A DNA stretch of 59,564 bases, the filler included. It is 4 parts of 4 records of this genome, joined end to end, with 100 filler letters (N's around TTAATTAATTAA, not from the genome) between each part and the next. Parts side by side here need not be neighbours in the genome. Positions count along the whole stretch, not along the records: positions 37,419 to 42,630 come from DRR723986_3487; positions 42,731 to 59,564 come from DRR723986_3492; 2 more parts are not named here. One strand, given 5' to 3'. Positions within the stretch are counted from its first letter, which is position 1; each line of letters opens with the position of its first letter. Below the pieces are notes generated by a model. It made no database searches and was not told the origin of the DNA. It worked only from the letters and a program-made list of their open reading frames with translations. Shown one piece after another: positions 39,013 through 49,800 of this stretch. Position numbers and translations under genes: made by a program.

Positions 39013-39885
39013 ATGGATCTGCGCGCAATCGGCATGGGGCTGGCTTTCGCCCTTATCTGGTCCTCGGCCTTTTCATCCGCACGCATCATCGTGGCCGCTG
39101 CACCGCCGATTGCCTCGCTGGCGCTGCGCTTTGCCATTTCCGGCGTGGTTGGCGTGATCCTTGCACGTATGTTCCACCAGAACTGGAACCTCAGCCGCGC
39201 GCAATGGCGGTCGGTCATCATCTTCGGCATCTGCCAGAATGCGCTCTATCTGGGTCTCAACTTCGTGGCGATGCAATGGATCGAGGCGTCTCTGGCCGCC
39301 ATTATCGCCTCGTCCATGCCGCTGATCGTGGCCGCCGCAAACTGGGTGATCTTCCGCGAAAAGCTGCCCGTTATGGGTGTCATCGGCCTGATGGCAGGCT
39401 TCGGAGGCGTTGCCCTGATCATGGCCCAGCGCCTTGGCGGCGGTGTCGATCCGCTTGGCGTGACGCTCTGCCTGATCGGGGCGGCGGCGCTGGCGGTGGC
39501 AACACTGACCGTGCGCGGCGCGTCATCGGCGGGCAGCGGCGGGGTGCTGATGATCGTCGGCCTGCAAATGCTGGTGGGGTCAGTCGTGTTGCTGCCCTTC
39601 GCATTGATGTTCGAGACGTGGGAGGTGCAGTGGTCATGGCAGTTGCTGGCCGCCTTCACCTACACCGTCTTTGCCCCCGGTCTGCTGGCCACATGGATCT
39701 GGTTCCTTCTGGTCCAACGCATCGGGGCCACCCGCGGCGCGACCTTCCACTTCCTCAACCCGTTCTTCGGCGTCGCTATCGCGGCGGCGATCCTCGGGGA
39801 ACGGTTGGGCTGGATCGATATCCTGGGTGTCACCATCATCGCGGCCGGCATCCTTGCGGTGCAACTGGCCCGCGCGTCGCGCTGA
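39013..39885 (+). CDS. DMT/EamA family transporter
   Basis: IWSSAFSSAR, LRFAISG, 10 TM pattern, FHFLNPFFGV..LGE. Confidence 0.93.
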   Translation: MDLRAIGMGLAFALIWSSAFSSARIIVAAAPPIASLALRFAISGVVGVILARMFHQNWNLSRAQWRSVIIFGICQNALYLGLNFVAMQWIEASLAAIIASSMPLIVAAANWVIFREKLPVMGVIGLMAGFGGVALIMAQRLGGGVDPLGVTLCLIGAAALAVATLTVRGASSAGSGGVLMIVGLQMLVGSVVLLPFALMFETWEVQWSWQLLAAFTYTVFAPGLLATWIWFLLVQRIGATRGATFHFLNPFFGVAIAAAILGERLGWIDILGVTIIAAGILAVQLARASR

Positions 39886-39953
39886 CGTCACTGTGATGGC
39901 CGCTCACGCAGGCGTCAGATGACATTACAATGCGTCCGCGCCAGAACAGGCGC

Positions 39954-40673
39954 ATGTTGGAACTTGTCTTTGCCTATGGCGCGGGTCTGCTGACCCTGAT
40001 CAACCCCTGCGTTCTGCCGGTGCTGCCCATCGTGCTGGCGGGATCCTTGCAGGCCAGCCGCTATGGCCCGCTGGCCCTGGCGGGCGGGATGAGCCTGTCT
40101 TTCGTCGCGCTTGGGCTGACCGTCGCGCTGGCCGGTCGCGCCGTGGGCATCACCGAGGAAGCGATCGGGCAGGCAGGCGCGGCTCTGATGATCGCCTTTG
40201 GCCTTGTCCTGCTGATTCCCCGCTTTTCCGCCGCTTTCGCCACCGCGACGGCGGGTGTGTCCGCCGGGGCGGACAGCCAGATGTCCAGCTTGAATGGCCG
40301 CGAAGGCTGGCAAGGTCAGGCCGTTGGCGGTGCGCTGCTTGGCGCGGTCTGGTCGCCTTGCGTCGGCCCCACCCTTGGTGGTGCCATCGCTCTGGCCAGC
40401 GCCGGTGAACAGGTCGGCCGCGCGGCTGCGATCATGGTCTTTTTCGCGCTTGGCGTGTCCACCATCATTCTGGCGCTCGGCTATGGCGCACGGTCCTTCT
40501 TTCAACGCCGCAGGGCGCTGATGCAGGCCATCGCCGAACGGTCCCGCCCGCTGCTTGGCGGCATCTTCATCCTTGTCGGCACGGCCATATTGCTGCGCTG
40601 GCACCACGTTATCGAAATCTGGCTGCTCGATGTCCTGCCCTATTGGCTGCAAGACCTCTCGGTTGCCCTGTAA
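39954..40673 (+). CDS. CcdA-family thiol:disulfide transfer membrane protein
   Basis: LINPCVLPVLPIV and VWSPCVGPTLG motifs; ATG 39954. Confidence 0.92.
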   Translation: MLELVFAYGAGLLTLINPCVLPVLPIVLAGSLQASRYGPLALAGGMSLSFVALGLTVALAGRAVGITEEAIGQAGAALMIAFGLVLLIPRFSAAFATATAGVSAGADSQMSSLNGREGWQGQAVGGALLGAVWSPCVGPTLGGAIALASAGEQVGRAAAIMVFFALGVSTIILALGYGARSFFQRRRALMQAIAERSRPLLGGIFILVGTAILLRWHHVIEIWLLDVLPYWLQDLSVAL

Positions 40674-40685
40674 AGGAGAGACCTG

Positions 40686-41084
40686 ATGAACCGACGCGAC
40701 CTAATGATCATGGGTGGGGCCACGCTGTTGCTGGCGGGCCGGGCCGGGGCCACGAATATCGACTACACTCCGGGGCTGGTTCAGCAGCGGCTGGCGGCTG
40801 GCGAAACGCTGTTCGTCGATTTCTTCGCGCCGTGGTGTTCGACCTGCCGCACTCAGGAACGCCATGTCGAGGCGATCCGCGCCGAAAACCCGGCCTATGA
40901 CGCCGCAATGTCTTTTATCCGCGTGGACTGGGACACTTACGGCACCGGCGAACTGGCCCAAAGCCTGCAAATTCCCCGCCGGTCCACACTGGTCTTGCTG
41001 CGGGGCGAGGCGGAACTTGGCCGCATCGTTGCCGGAACCAGCCGGTCGGCCATTCAGGAGTTGATGGATCTGGGGCTTGGCTGA
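40686..41084 (+). CDS. Periplasmic thioredoxin-family protein (twin-arginine signal)
   Basis: MNRRDLMI signal, FFAPWCSTCR, IPRRSTL; RBS AAGGAG. Confidence 0.9.
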   Translation: MNRRDLMIMGGATLLLAGRAGATNIDYTPGLVQQRLAAGETLFVDFFAPWCSTCRTQERHVEAIRAENPAYDAAMSFIRVDWDTYGTGELAQSLQIPRRSTLVLLRGEAELGRIVAGTSRSAIQELMDLGLG

Positions 41085-41090
41085 CCGGGA

Positions 41091-41798
41091 TCAGACTTCA
41101 GAGGGGTCGTTGGTCGATGTCACGGCGACATTGTCCACGGCCCAGCTTTCATCATAGACACCCTGGTTCAGGGTTGACCCGAAGCCGACGCTCATCGACG
41201 GGCCGGGGTTCGCAACCTCTACGCGCACTGTAAAGCTCTGGTCGACCCATTCGGAACTGTAGCCCATATGACCGCGGTCGCCTGCGGCCTCGATCGAGAT
41301 GTTGTAGTTTCCGTCGGACGTCGTCCAGCTGTTCGTCACCCCGTCGGATTGCCAGGCAAAGCTATGCGAACTGATCGGGTTGCCATCCACGAACATGATG
41401 AATTCTTCGTTGTCCCAGCTGTCGATGGCATGCAGGTCAAACTCGATCACCGCATTGTCATAGCCCGACATCAGGTCATAGGTCCGGGTCACAATCTCGG
41501 CCCCGTCACTGCCGCCATAGGGGCCAAGAAGCCCGCCATAGGCCGCATCGGAGTCGTCGGTGCTGCCGCCAAACCAGAAACCTGCGCCGTTCTCGAAATC
41601 GTCGAAATAGCTCTGCCGGGCAAAGCTGGAGTTCACGATATTGCCTCGCAGGGTTGCGTCGATGTCATCCGCCAAATTTTCAAGACCTGCTGAGGTGGAG
41701 TTCAGCACGGCAATGCCAACCCCCACAACGCCAGAACTCAGCACCACGTAATCCGTGGTGACAGCGCCAGATTCCGAAAAGATGAACTGCTTCAGCAT
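41091..41798 (-). CDS. Flp/Tad pilin-like N-terminus fused to an acidic beta-sandwich domain
   Basis: MLKQFIFSESG|AVTTDYVVL..GVVGVGIAVL prepilin pattern, then about 175 aa with YFDDFENG, IEFDLHAIDSWDNE, GFGSTLNQ..DESWAVDNV. Confidence 0.75.
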   Translation of the reverse strand: MLKQFIFSESGAVTTDYVVLSSGVVGVGIAVLNSTSAGLENLADDIDATLRGNIVNSSFARQSYFDDFENGAGFWFGGSTDDSDAAYGGLLGPYGGSDGAEIVTRTYDLMSGYDNAVIEFDLHAIDSWDNEEFIMFVDGNPISSHSFAWQSDGVTNSWTTSDGNYNISIEAAGDRGHMGYSSEWVDQSFTVRVEVANPGPSMSVGFGSTLNQGVYDESWAVDNVAVTSTNDPSEV

Positions 41799-41855
41799 GT
41801 GCAGAGCTCCGATGACGTTCCCCAACCAAAGGGCTATCAGCGGAGCATGGAGAAA

Positions 41856-42630
41856 TTAGGGGGAAAATGAGCCGATCTGCCCCCGGTTTGCCCCAATCTG
41901 GCCACGATGCAGCAAGACGTGATCCAGCAAAACACAAGCCGCCATCGCCTCTGCCACCGGCACAGCACGGATGCCCACGCAGGGATCATGGCGACCTTTT
42001 GTAATGATTTCAGTATCTTCGCCGGATTTGGTAATCGTCTTTCGGGTGGTCAAAATAGACGAGGTCGGCTTGACCGAAAACCGCACGACCACATCCTGTC
42101 CGGTGCTGATCCCACCCAGAATCCCGCCCGCATGGTTCGAGCTATAGACCGGCCCATCAGGCCCCATGCGAATCTCGTCGGCATTGTCGCTGCCGGTCAG
42201 GCAGGCGGCGTTCATGCCCTCGCCGATCTCGACGCCTTTCACGGCATTGATCGACATCATCGCAGCGGCCAGATCGGTATCCAGCTTGCCATAGATCGGC
42301 GCGCCCAACCCCGCAGGCATGCCCCGCACCGTGACCTCGATCACCGCGCCAACGCTGTCTCCGGTCTTGCGCAGGCCATCCAGGTAGGCGGCCCAGTCTT
42401 CTGCGGCCCCGGCATCAGGCGTCCAGAACGGATTGCGCTCGATCTCATCCCAGTCGAACCGGGCGCGGTCAATCGCGCGCGGACCCATCTGCACCATGTA
42501 TCCGGTCACCTGCATCCCCGGCACCAGTTGCTTCAGCGCCTCGCGCGCCACGCCCCCCGCAGCAACCCGCGCCGCCGTTTCGCGCGCAGAAGACCGTCCG
42601 CCGCCGCGATAGTCGCGGATGCCGTATTTC
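41856..42630 (-). CDS. aroC: Chorismate synthase, 3' part (5' end cut by contig edge)
   Basis: [60 protein letters not shown]. Confidence 0.97.
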
Positions 42631-42730
42631 NNNNNNNNNNNNNNNNNNNNNNNNNNNNNNNNNNNNNNNNNNNNTTAATTAATTAANNNNNNNNNNNNNN
42701 NNNNNNNNNNNNNNNNNNNNNNNNNNNNNN
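42631..42730. other. Artificial contig linker
   Basis: N-run + TTAATTAATTAA + N-run. Confidence 0.99.
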
Positions 42731-43213
42731 CGTGTGCTTGCCCTGCCAGCCAAGCCCGGCCTTAGCCGCCAGCGGCTTTTCCATCAGCGGCGCGGTGTCG
42801 ACAAAGACTTTCACCTCCGCACCGGTCTTCGCCACGAATTCCCGGGCGAGCTGTTTCAGACGGGACTTCAGCGTATCGTGATAGTCCCTCCCCCGCGCAT
42901 AGACGGAGATGTTCCCGGCCTCGCGCTGCTGAAGCGTGTCCATCGGATCATGGTCCGGGCCATAGTTCAGCGCGACAGCGACGGCGGACTTCGCACCTTC
43001 CCACATGGAAGTCGGCGTGCGCCGCCGTTCCAGCGTCGTCTCCATCCATTCCATCGTGCCGTGCCGGCCGGCCTCGACGAAGGCCTCCAGCCGCTCCGAC
43101 GCCGCCCACGCCTCATCCGCCCGCGCTATGCCGACCGCATCGAAGCCGAGCGTCAGGGCCTGTTGCCTGGCAAATTCGGCGCGGCCCGCCGGATCAGAAA
43201 TCAAGGTCGGCAT
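42731..43213 (-). CDS. queG: Epoxyqueuosine reductase, 5' part
   Basis: LGFDAVGIA, GRHGTMEWM, ISVYARGRDYH, FVDTAPLMEKPLA..AGLGWQGKHT. Confidence 0.95.
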
Positions 43214-43868
43214 AGTGCGGCGAAGGTCGCACGGCATCCAGCCGGTCGGCAAGCAGGGGACGGAAGCTCGGCCGCGACTTTAACCGCGCGTACCAGGTGC
43301 GCAGGTCCGGCACGGCTTCCCACTGGATATCGCCGAAATAATCGCAGGCGGAGAGATGCGCCGCTGCCGCGAGGTCGGCCAGCGTCAGGTCACGCCCCGC
43401 GATGAAGCCATGGGTCTCAACCAGTGCGTTCAGGAAGGTCAGCCGCCCCCGCAGCGTGTGCGCGCCCCGGCGCAGCTTTTCGGAATCCGGCTGGCGGTCG
43501 CGCCGCACCCATTGCATTACCCGCTCGGTCAGCAGCGTGTCGGTGACTTCCTCGAAGCCCTCCTCCACCCACGCCCACAGGCGCCTCGCTTCGGCGCGCT
43601 GGCTGGGATCCGGTGGCAGCAAGTGATGGCTGTCGACCGATTCTTCCAGGAACTCGCAGATCGCCCGCGTGCCCACCGCGACGATACGTCCATCAGGCCC
43701 TTCCTGCAGCAGCGCCGGCGCCACGGCGCCCGGCCCAAGCAGGCGCAGATCGGGGTGCGGAGCCCAGGGAGAGGACTCAACTGTTTCAAAATCCAGCCCT
43801 TTTTCGGCCAGACACAGACGCACCAGCCTTCCGGCCGGGTCCAGGCACCAGTGGTAAAGTCGGGTCAT
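43194..43868 (-). CDS. fzlA: GST-like FtsZ-binding protein FzlA
   Basis: LDPAGRLVRLCLAEK, ADLAAAAHLSACDYFGDI.W, WYARLKSRPSFRPLLADR, terminal HYADLDF; adjacent to queG. Confidence 0.82.
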   Translation of the reverse strand: MTRLYHWCLDPAGRLVRLCLAEKGLDFETVESSPWAPHPDLRLLGPGAVAPALLQEGPDGRIVAVGTRAICEFLEESVDSHHLLPPDPSQRAEARRLWAWVEEGFEEVTDTLLTERVMQWVRRDRQPDSEKLRRGAHTLRGRLTFLNALVETHGFIAGRDLTLADLAAAAHLSACDYFGDIQWEAVPDLRTWYARLKSRPSFRPLLADRLDAVRPSPHYADLDF

Positions 43869-43992
43869 CGGCAGGCGAGCCTCCTGCAGCCTGCCGACGA
43901 TAATTAATCCACAGGAGTAAAGAACGTCTATCCGAACGGAAAAAGCTGTGGTTCAAAAACAGTCTCAGAATTGACCGAAGAGACTGCCTCCC

Positions 43993-46728
43993 ATGAAAAC
44001 CAGATTTGCAACCGCTCTCCTCGCAGGCGCAGCGTCCGTCGTTCTTGTGTCAGCCTGCAGCACGCCGGCCGACACCGCCGCGGCACCCATTGAAGCAGAG
44101 ACCGCTGCGGCGCAGGCCCCGGTTCTCCAGGCTGAAATTCCGAGAGGCCAGCTGCCGACCGGTGTTCGCCCGACGGCCTACCGGCTGGACCTGGTGACGG
44201 ACCCGAATGCGGCGACCTTCACCGGGTATGAAGAGATCGATCTCAATCTGGAAAAGCCGCATTCCCGCATCTGGCTGCACGCCCTTGGCCCGGTGGTCTC
44301 CTCGATCAAGGCGGTCCTGCCGGACGGGATGGAAATCGGCGCCACATTCACCGGAGAACAGACACCGGATGGGGTTGCGCGCATCGATTTCGACGCACCG
44401 ATTCCGGCTGGCAATGCGACGCTCGTCCTCAAATATGAAGCGCCGTACAATCTCCACCTGGCCGGCCTCTACAAGGTCGAGCAAGGCGGCCTTCCCTATC
44501 TCGTTACCCAGTTCGAAGACATCGACGCGCGCCGTATGTTCGTCTCCTTCGACGAGCCGCGCTTCAAGACCCCATATACGCTAACCGTGACCGCGCCCGC
44601 TGGCATGGAAGTTGCCGCGAACGGCGCCGAAACCGAAGTGGAAGACCTCGGCGATGGCCTTGTCCGCCGCCATTTCGCAACGACCCGGCCGCTTCAATCC
44701 TATCTCGTTGCTGTCATGGTCGGGCCCTATGACAAGGTCGTGGCCGACCCGATCCCAGCGACGGACCTGCGTGCCGAGCCCGTTCCCCTGCGCGCCTTCG
44801 CGCCAGCCGGCAAAGGCGAGAAGCTCAAGGACGCGCTCGATATCACTGACGAAATGGTCGAGTGGCAGGAATCCTATTTCGACTATCCGTATCCCTACGG
44901 AAAACTGGATCTGATCGCTGCGGCAGACTTTGCCTATGGCGCCATGGAAAATGCAGGCGCCATCGTGTACCGCGAAGCCGCCCTTCTGATCGACGACCGC
45001 ACGTCTCTGGCGCGCCGCCGCGGAATCTACAGCACCCACGCACACGAACTGGGCCACCAATGGTTCGGCAACCTCGTCACGCCCGCCTGGTGGAACGATA
45101 TCTGGCTGAACGAAGCCTTCGCGACCTGGATCAGCACCAAGACGATGAACGCCATCGACCCAGAAGGCGACTGGTCCCTGGGCCCGATCAATTCCAGCCT
45201 CAACGCGATGCCGACCGACAGCCTCATGTCGACCCGCCAGATCCGTAACCCGATCCTGACAAATGGCGACATCGGCGACGCATTCGATTCCATCACCTAC
45301 CGCAAGGGCGGCGCGGTGCTGAACATGTTCGAAACCTATCTGGGTGAAGACACGTTCCGCGATGGCATCCGCCTGCACATGCGCCGCTTCGAAGATGGCG
45401 TGGCCACGACGCAAGACTTCATGCAGAGCCTGGCCGATGGCTCCGGCCAGCCGGACGTCGTGTCCTCATTCACCTCATTCATCTCCCAGCCGGGCATCCC
45501 GTTCCTTGATGTGACTGTGAGCTGTTCGGCGCCCACGGGCGGTGAAATCACGGTCACGCAGAGCCGTTACGCGCCGCTCGGCTCCAAAATCGACACGGAA
45601 GCCCAGACCTGGGAAATCCCGTTCGCTGCCCGCGTCCATGATGCCTCCGGCGACCATGTCGTTCGCCGAATGCTGTCAGAGAAAACGAGCACAATCACAC
45701 TCGACGCCTGCCCGGACTGGGTAATGCCGAATGCCGGTGGTGCTGGTTACTGGCGGTTTGAGACCGATGCGGACAATGCCGTAGCCCTGCAGGCACACTA
45801 TGCCTCGCTCAGCCCGGCCGAGCAGATGATGCTGCTCGACTCCATCGGCGCCGGCTTCGACGCCGGCAAGCTGAGTGCAGCAGATCTCGTGTCCGCGCTG
45901 GAAACATCGGCCGGTGGTTCGGCAGCGGCGATCTATTCCTCCATCGGCGAAATCGGTTCGCTGAAAGCCATGCTGGACGAAAACGGCAAGGCCAGCCTCG
46001 CCGACTGGATCGAGACAACCTATGGCCCGGTCTGGACCTATCTCTCCGAACGTCCGGCCCCGGCGCTGTCGACCTCGGAGCGCCTGCTCGCGCCGGCGCT
46101 CTGGAGTCTGCTGCTGGAAAACGGGAACCGCGCTGACGATCGCGCGGAAATCGCGGCACGCGGAAAAGCCTATATGGGAATCGGCCAGGACGCGGATCCA
46201 GCCGCCCTGCCCTCAGAAGACCTCTATGCTGCGGTCACAGCGGGCGTCGAGAATGGCGACTGGGATTTCTATCGGGGTGCAATCGACTTCGTGCAGACCT
46301 CGCAGAACCAGACAGAGCGCGCGACCATCCTCTCCGCCATCGCTGGCCAAGCCACGCCGGACATCGTGGCCGACCTGTTCAAACTGTCTCTCAGCGACGA
46401 TGTCTCAGGCAACGAACTGTACTCGATCTACAACTATTCCCTGGCGAACCAGAAGGCGCAGTCAACCGTCTGGCCACTGATCAAGGACAATTTCGCAAAT
46501 GTCGTGGCGAAGATTCCGCTGATCCGGAAGCCTCAGATGCCGAAGATAGCCAGCGCGTTCTGTACGGCGGAAGATGTGGCAGACGCCAAAGCCTTCTTCG
46601 AAAGCCAGGCCGACCTCATGCCGGGCTATGAGCGCTCACTGGCGCAGGGTGTCGAACGCGGTGAAAACTGCAGTGCCCTCCGGGCCGCCACAGCTGACGA
46701 TGTGAAAGCCATCTTCTCGGAAGACTGA
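43993..46728 (+). CDS. M1 family aminopeptidase lipoprotein with ERAP1-like C-terminal domain
   Basis: Lipobox VSAC; TQFE..DARR, GAMEN, HELGHQWFGNLVT..WLNEAFA, ITYRKG. Confidence 0.95.
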   Translation: MKTRFATALLAGAASVVLVSACSTPADTAAAPIEAETAAAQAPVLQAEIPRGQLPTGVRPTAYRLDLVTDPNAATFTGYEEIDLNLEKPHSRIWLHALGPVVSSIKAVLPDGMEIGATFTGEQTPDGVARIDFDAPIPAGNATLVLKYEAPYNLHLAGLYKVEQGGLPYLVTQFEDIDARRMFVSFDEPRFKTPYTLTVTAPAGMEVAANGAETEVEDLGDGLVRRHFATTRPLQSYLVAVMVGPYDKVVADPIPATDLRAEPVPLRAFAPAGKGEKLKDALDITDEMVEWQESYFDYPYPYGKLDLIAAADFAYGAMENAGAIVYREAALLIDDRTSLARRRGIYSTHAHELGHQWFGNLVTPAWWNDIWLNEAFATWISTKTMNAIDPEGDWSLGPINSSLNAMPTDSLMSTRQIRNPILTNGDIGDAFDSITYRKGGAVLNMFETYLGEDTFRDGIRLHMRRFEDGVATTQDFMQSLADGSGQPDVVSSFTSFISQPGIPFLDVTVSCSAPTGGEITVTQSRYAPLGSKIDTEAQTWEIPFAARVHDASGDHVVRRMLSEKTSTITLDACPDWVMPNAGGAGYWRFETDADNAVALQAHYASLSPAEQMMLLDSIGAGFDAGKLSAADLVSALETSAGGSAAAIYSSIGEIGSLKAMLDENGKASLADWIETTYGPVWTYLSERPAPALSTSERLLAPALWSLLLENGNRADDRAEIAARGKAYMGIGQDADPAALPSEDLYAAVTAGVENGDWDFYRGAIDFVQTSQNQTERATILSAIAGQATPDIVADLFKLSLSDDVSGNELYSIYNYSLANQKAQSTVWPLIKDNFANVVAKIPLIRKPQMPKIASAFCTAEDVADAKAFFESQADLMPGYERSLAQGVERGENCSALRAATADDVKAIFSED

Positions 46729-46743
46729 TCACTCAGCACCGCA

Positions 46744-46786
46744 AATAAAAGCCCCGCATCCGGTAACAGATGCGGGGCTTTTTATT
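46744..46786. terminator. Bidirectional intrinsic terminator
   Basis: AATAAAA-GCCCCGCATC-loop-GATGCGGGGC-TTTTTATT between convergent genes. Confidence 0.92.
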
Positions 46787-46802
46787 GGGCCTGAGACGAT
46801 GT

Positions 46803-49800
46803 CTAGCGTTTCATGAAATGGCGTACCGCATCGGCGGCAAGTGCAAATTTCGCGAAGCTCCAGGCTTTCTCCTTGCCGAGTTCCGTGAGCGTCGCCAGCA
46901 GGTCCCGGCGGCCATCCTGATGCTTGGACAGCCAGGCCGCTGCCCCGCCCGCCGCAAGGGCATCGCGCGCCGCATCGGCCTGCGTCTGTACCAGTTCGAC
47001 AATCAGGCGGCGCCCAGCAACACGGTCCCAGAAGCCGGCCTTGGACAAGCCATCCAGAGCGGAGACCCGCAGGCGATCGAGACGCAATGCTTCGCCGATC
47101 TGGAAGAAGCACTCACCTGCAACGGGCACTTTCTCGCCAGTCTCGCGGGCAAGGTCCACTACGACGAGCCCCTGGGCAAACAGGCTCATGGCGGATGCCC
47201 AGCGTGCCAGCTCTTCCGGGGCGCCGCGCCGCATCAGCGTACGGGTCGACCGTTCGATCTGCGCCGCCGGGAAATGCGTATGGATCTCGGCGAGCGATGC
47301 CTTGAACTCATTGAGCGGGGCGTGGGTCGCGTCCACCAGCTCCTGTAATGTGCCTTTCGGCATGGAGGTTACGAACCAGGCCGCCGCCGCGCTCATCGCC
47401 TGCGCGGCAAGGAGGCGCAGGTCCGTCTGAACATCGGCATGAACCACATTGTCGAGCGCATCGACTTCGCGCTGGAAGCCTTCGAAATCCAGCACCACCC
47501 GCGCCGCCTCAAGACCGCGCACAATGGCGGCCATGTCTGTCGTGTCGGTCATCTCCCGCAGACGGAAGACCGGGATCATGCCGCCCATGTCGAGCGACCG
47601 GTTGGCCAGTACCGTCGCGATGATCTCCCGCTTCAGGCGATGATTGTCCATCGCCTCATGATAGGAGTCGATCGGGCTGGGGAAGTAGGCCTTCAGCACG
47701 TCCTCGAAATAGGTATCGTCCGGCAGGTCGGAGGCCACAAGATCATCAAACAGAGTGATCTTGGACCAGGCCAGCAGCACCGCAAGTTCGGGACGGCTGA
47801 GGCTCTGCCCGTGATCGGCACGCACTTTCATGTCGCCGGTATCCGGCAGGCCTTCCAGTGCGCGGTCCAGAACGCTGCGGCTTTCAAGGTGCACCATCAG
47901 GCGCTCCAGCGCCTCATGGTCCTGCTTCGCCGTGGCTTCTGCCAGCGTGAGGGCAGCGGTCTGGTCGTAATTGTGGCGCAGGACATGGGCGGCGACATCG
48001 TCGGTCATTTCCGCCAGAAGGTCATTGCGCTTGTCTTCTTCCAGATCGCCAAGACGGATCGCTTCAGCGGCAAGAATCTTGATATTCACTTCGTGGTCAG
48101 AAGAATCGACACCGGCCGAGTTATCGATGGCGTCAGAGTTCACCCGTCCGCCGGAGAGGGCAAACTCGATCCGGGCCGCCTGGGTCACACCCAGATTGGC
48201 GCCTTCCCCGATCACTTTCACACGCAGCTGGTGCGCGCCAATCCGGATAGCATCATTGGCCCGGTCACCCACTTCGGCATTGGTCTCGGTGTCAGCTTTC
48301 ACATAGGTGCCAATACCGCCAAACCAGAGCAGGTCCGCCTGTGACTTCAGCAGCGCGTTGATCAGCTGGTCCGGCGTGACGGCGTCGGCGTTCAGCCCTG
48401 TCAACGCCTTGATCTCGTCGGTGAGTTCGATCGACTTGGCAGACCGGGCAAACACACCGCCGCCTTTGGAAATCAGGCTCGTATCATAGTCTTCCCAGCT
48501 CGATTGCGGCAGGTCGAACAAGCGCTGGCGTTCAGCCAGATTTTTCTTCGAATCGACCGGGTCCGGATCGATGAAGATGTGCATGTGATTGAACGCGGCC
48601 ACAAGGCGGATTTCGGGCGACAGCAGCATGCCATTGCCGAACACGTCACCGCTCATGTCGCCAACACCGATGACCGTGAAGGGCTCGGTCTGGATATCCT
48701 TGCCCATTTCCCGGAAGTGGCGTTTCACCGCTTCCCAGGCGCCCCGCGCCGTGATGCCCATCTTCTTGTGGTCATAACCGGCCGACCCGCCAGAGGCGAA
48801 GGCATCGCCCAGCCAGTGGCCTTTTGCGAGGCTTATGGCATTGGCCGTGTCGGAGAACGTGGCCGTGCCCTTGTCGGCAGCGACGACCAGGTAGGGATCG
48901 TCGCCATCCCACACGACCGTATCCGCCGGATGCGTGACTTCGCCGTCGATCAGATTGTCGGTCAGATCCAGCAGCGACGTGATGAATTCCTTGTAGGCAT
49001 CCCGCCCACCTTCGAACCAGGCATTGCGATCCGAACGGTCCGGCAGCTGTTTCGGATAGAAACCACCCTTCGAGCCGACAGGTACAATGACCGCATTCTT
49101 CACCTGCTGGGCCTTCACAAGACCCAGGACTTCGGTGCGATAGTCCGCCGCCCGGTCCGACCAGCGCAGGCCGCCCCGCGCCACAGGACCAAAGCGAAGA
49201 TGCACGCCTTCGACCTTCGGGCTGGACATGAAAATCTCGCGGAACGGTTTCGGCTCCGGCACTTCCCGCAGCTCACGGCTGGCGATTTTCAGGCTGACAA
49301 AGCTGTGCGGGCCGCCGTCGACCGTCGTCTGGTAGAAATTGGTCCGCTGCACACTCAGGATCAGGTCTGTCAGGCGGCGCAACACCTGATCGTCGGCCAA
49401 TGCCGAGACATCCCGCAGACTCACTTCGATGCTCTCGCAGACTTCGCGGCAGGCTTCCTCACGCTGTCGCAGGCTGAGATCCTTGGATGGATCGAATCGA
49501 ACCGCAAAGAGGTCGACCAACAGACGAGTCAGAGCCGGATAGCGAGCAAGCGCAGCTTCCTGCACATCCTGCGGCTGATCGAGCCCCGTCTGCCGGCGAT
49601 AGGCGCAGAGTGTGCGAACGAGCGCTGCTTCGCGCCACGTCGCGCCTGCAACCAGGATCAGGCGATTGAAGCCGTCATTCTCGGCATGGCCGCTCCACAC
49701 CGCGACGAAGGCATCTTCCAGTCGTCTTGCCACTGCATCGAGATCAATGGGCGCACCGCTTTCCGAGCGCATGGAGAGATCGTGCACCCAGTAGACATCC

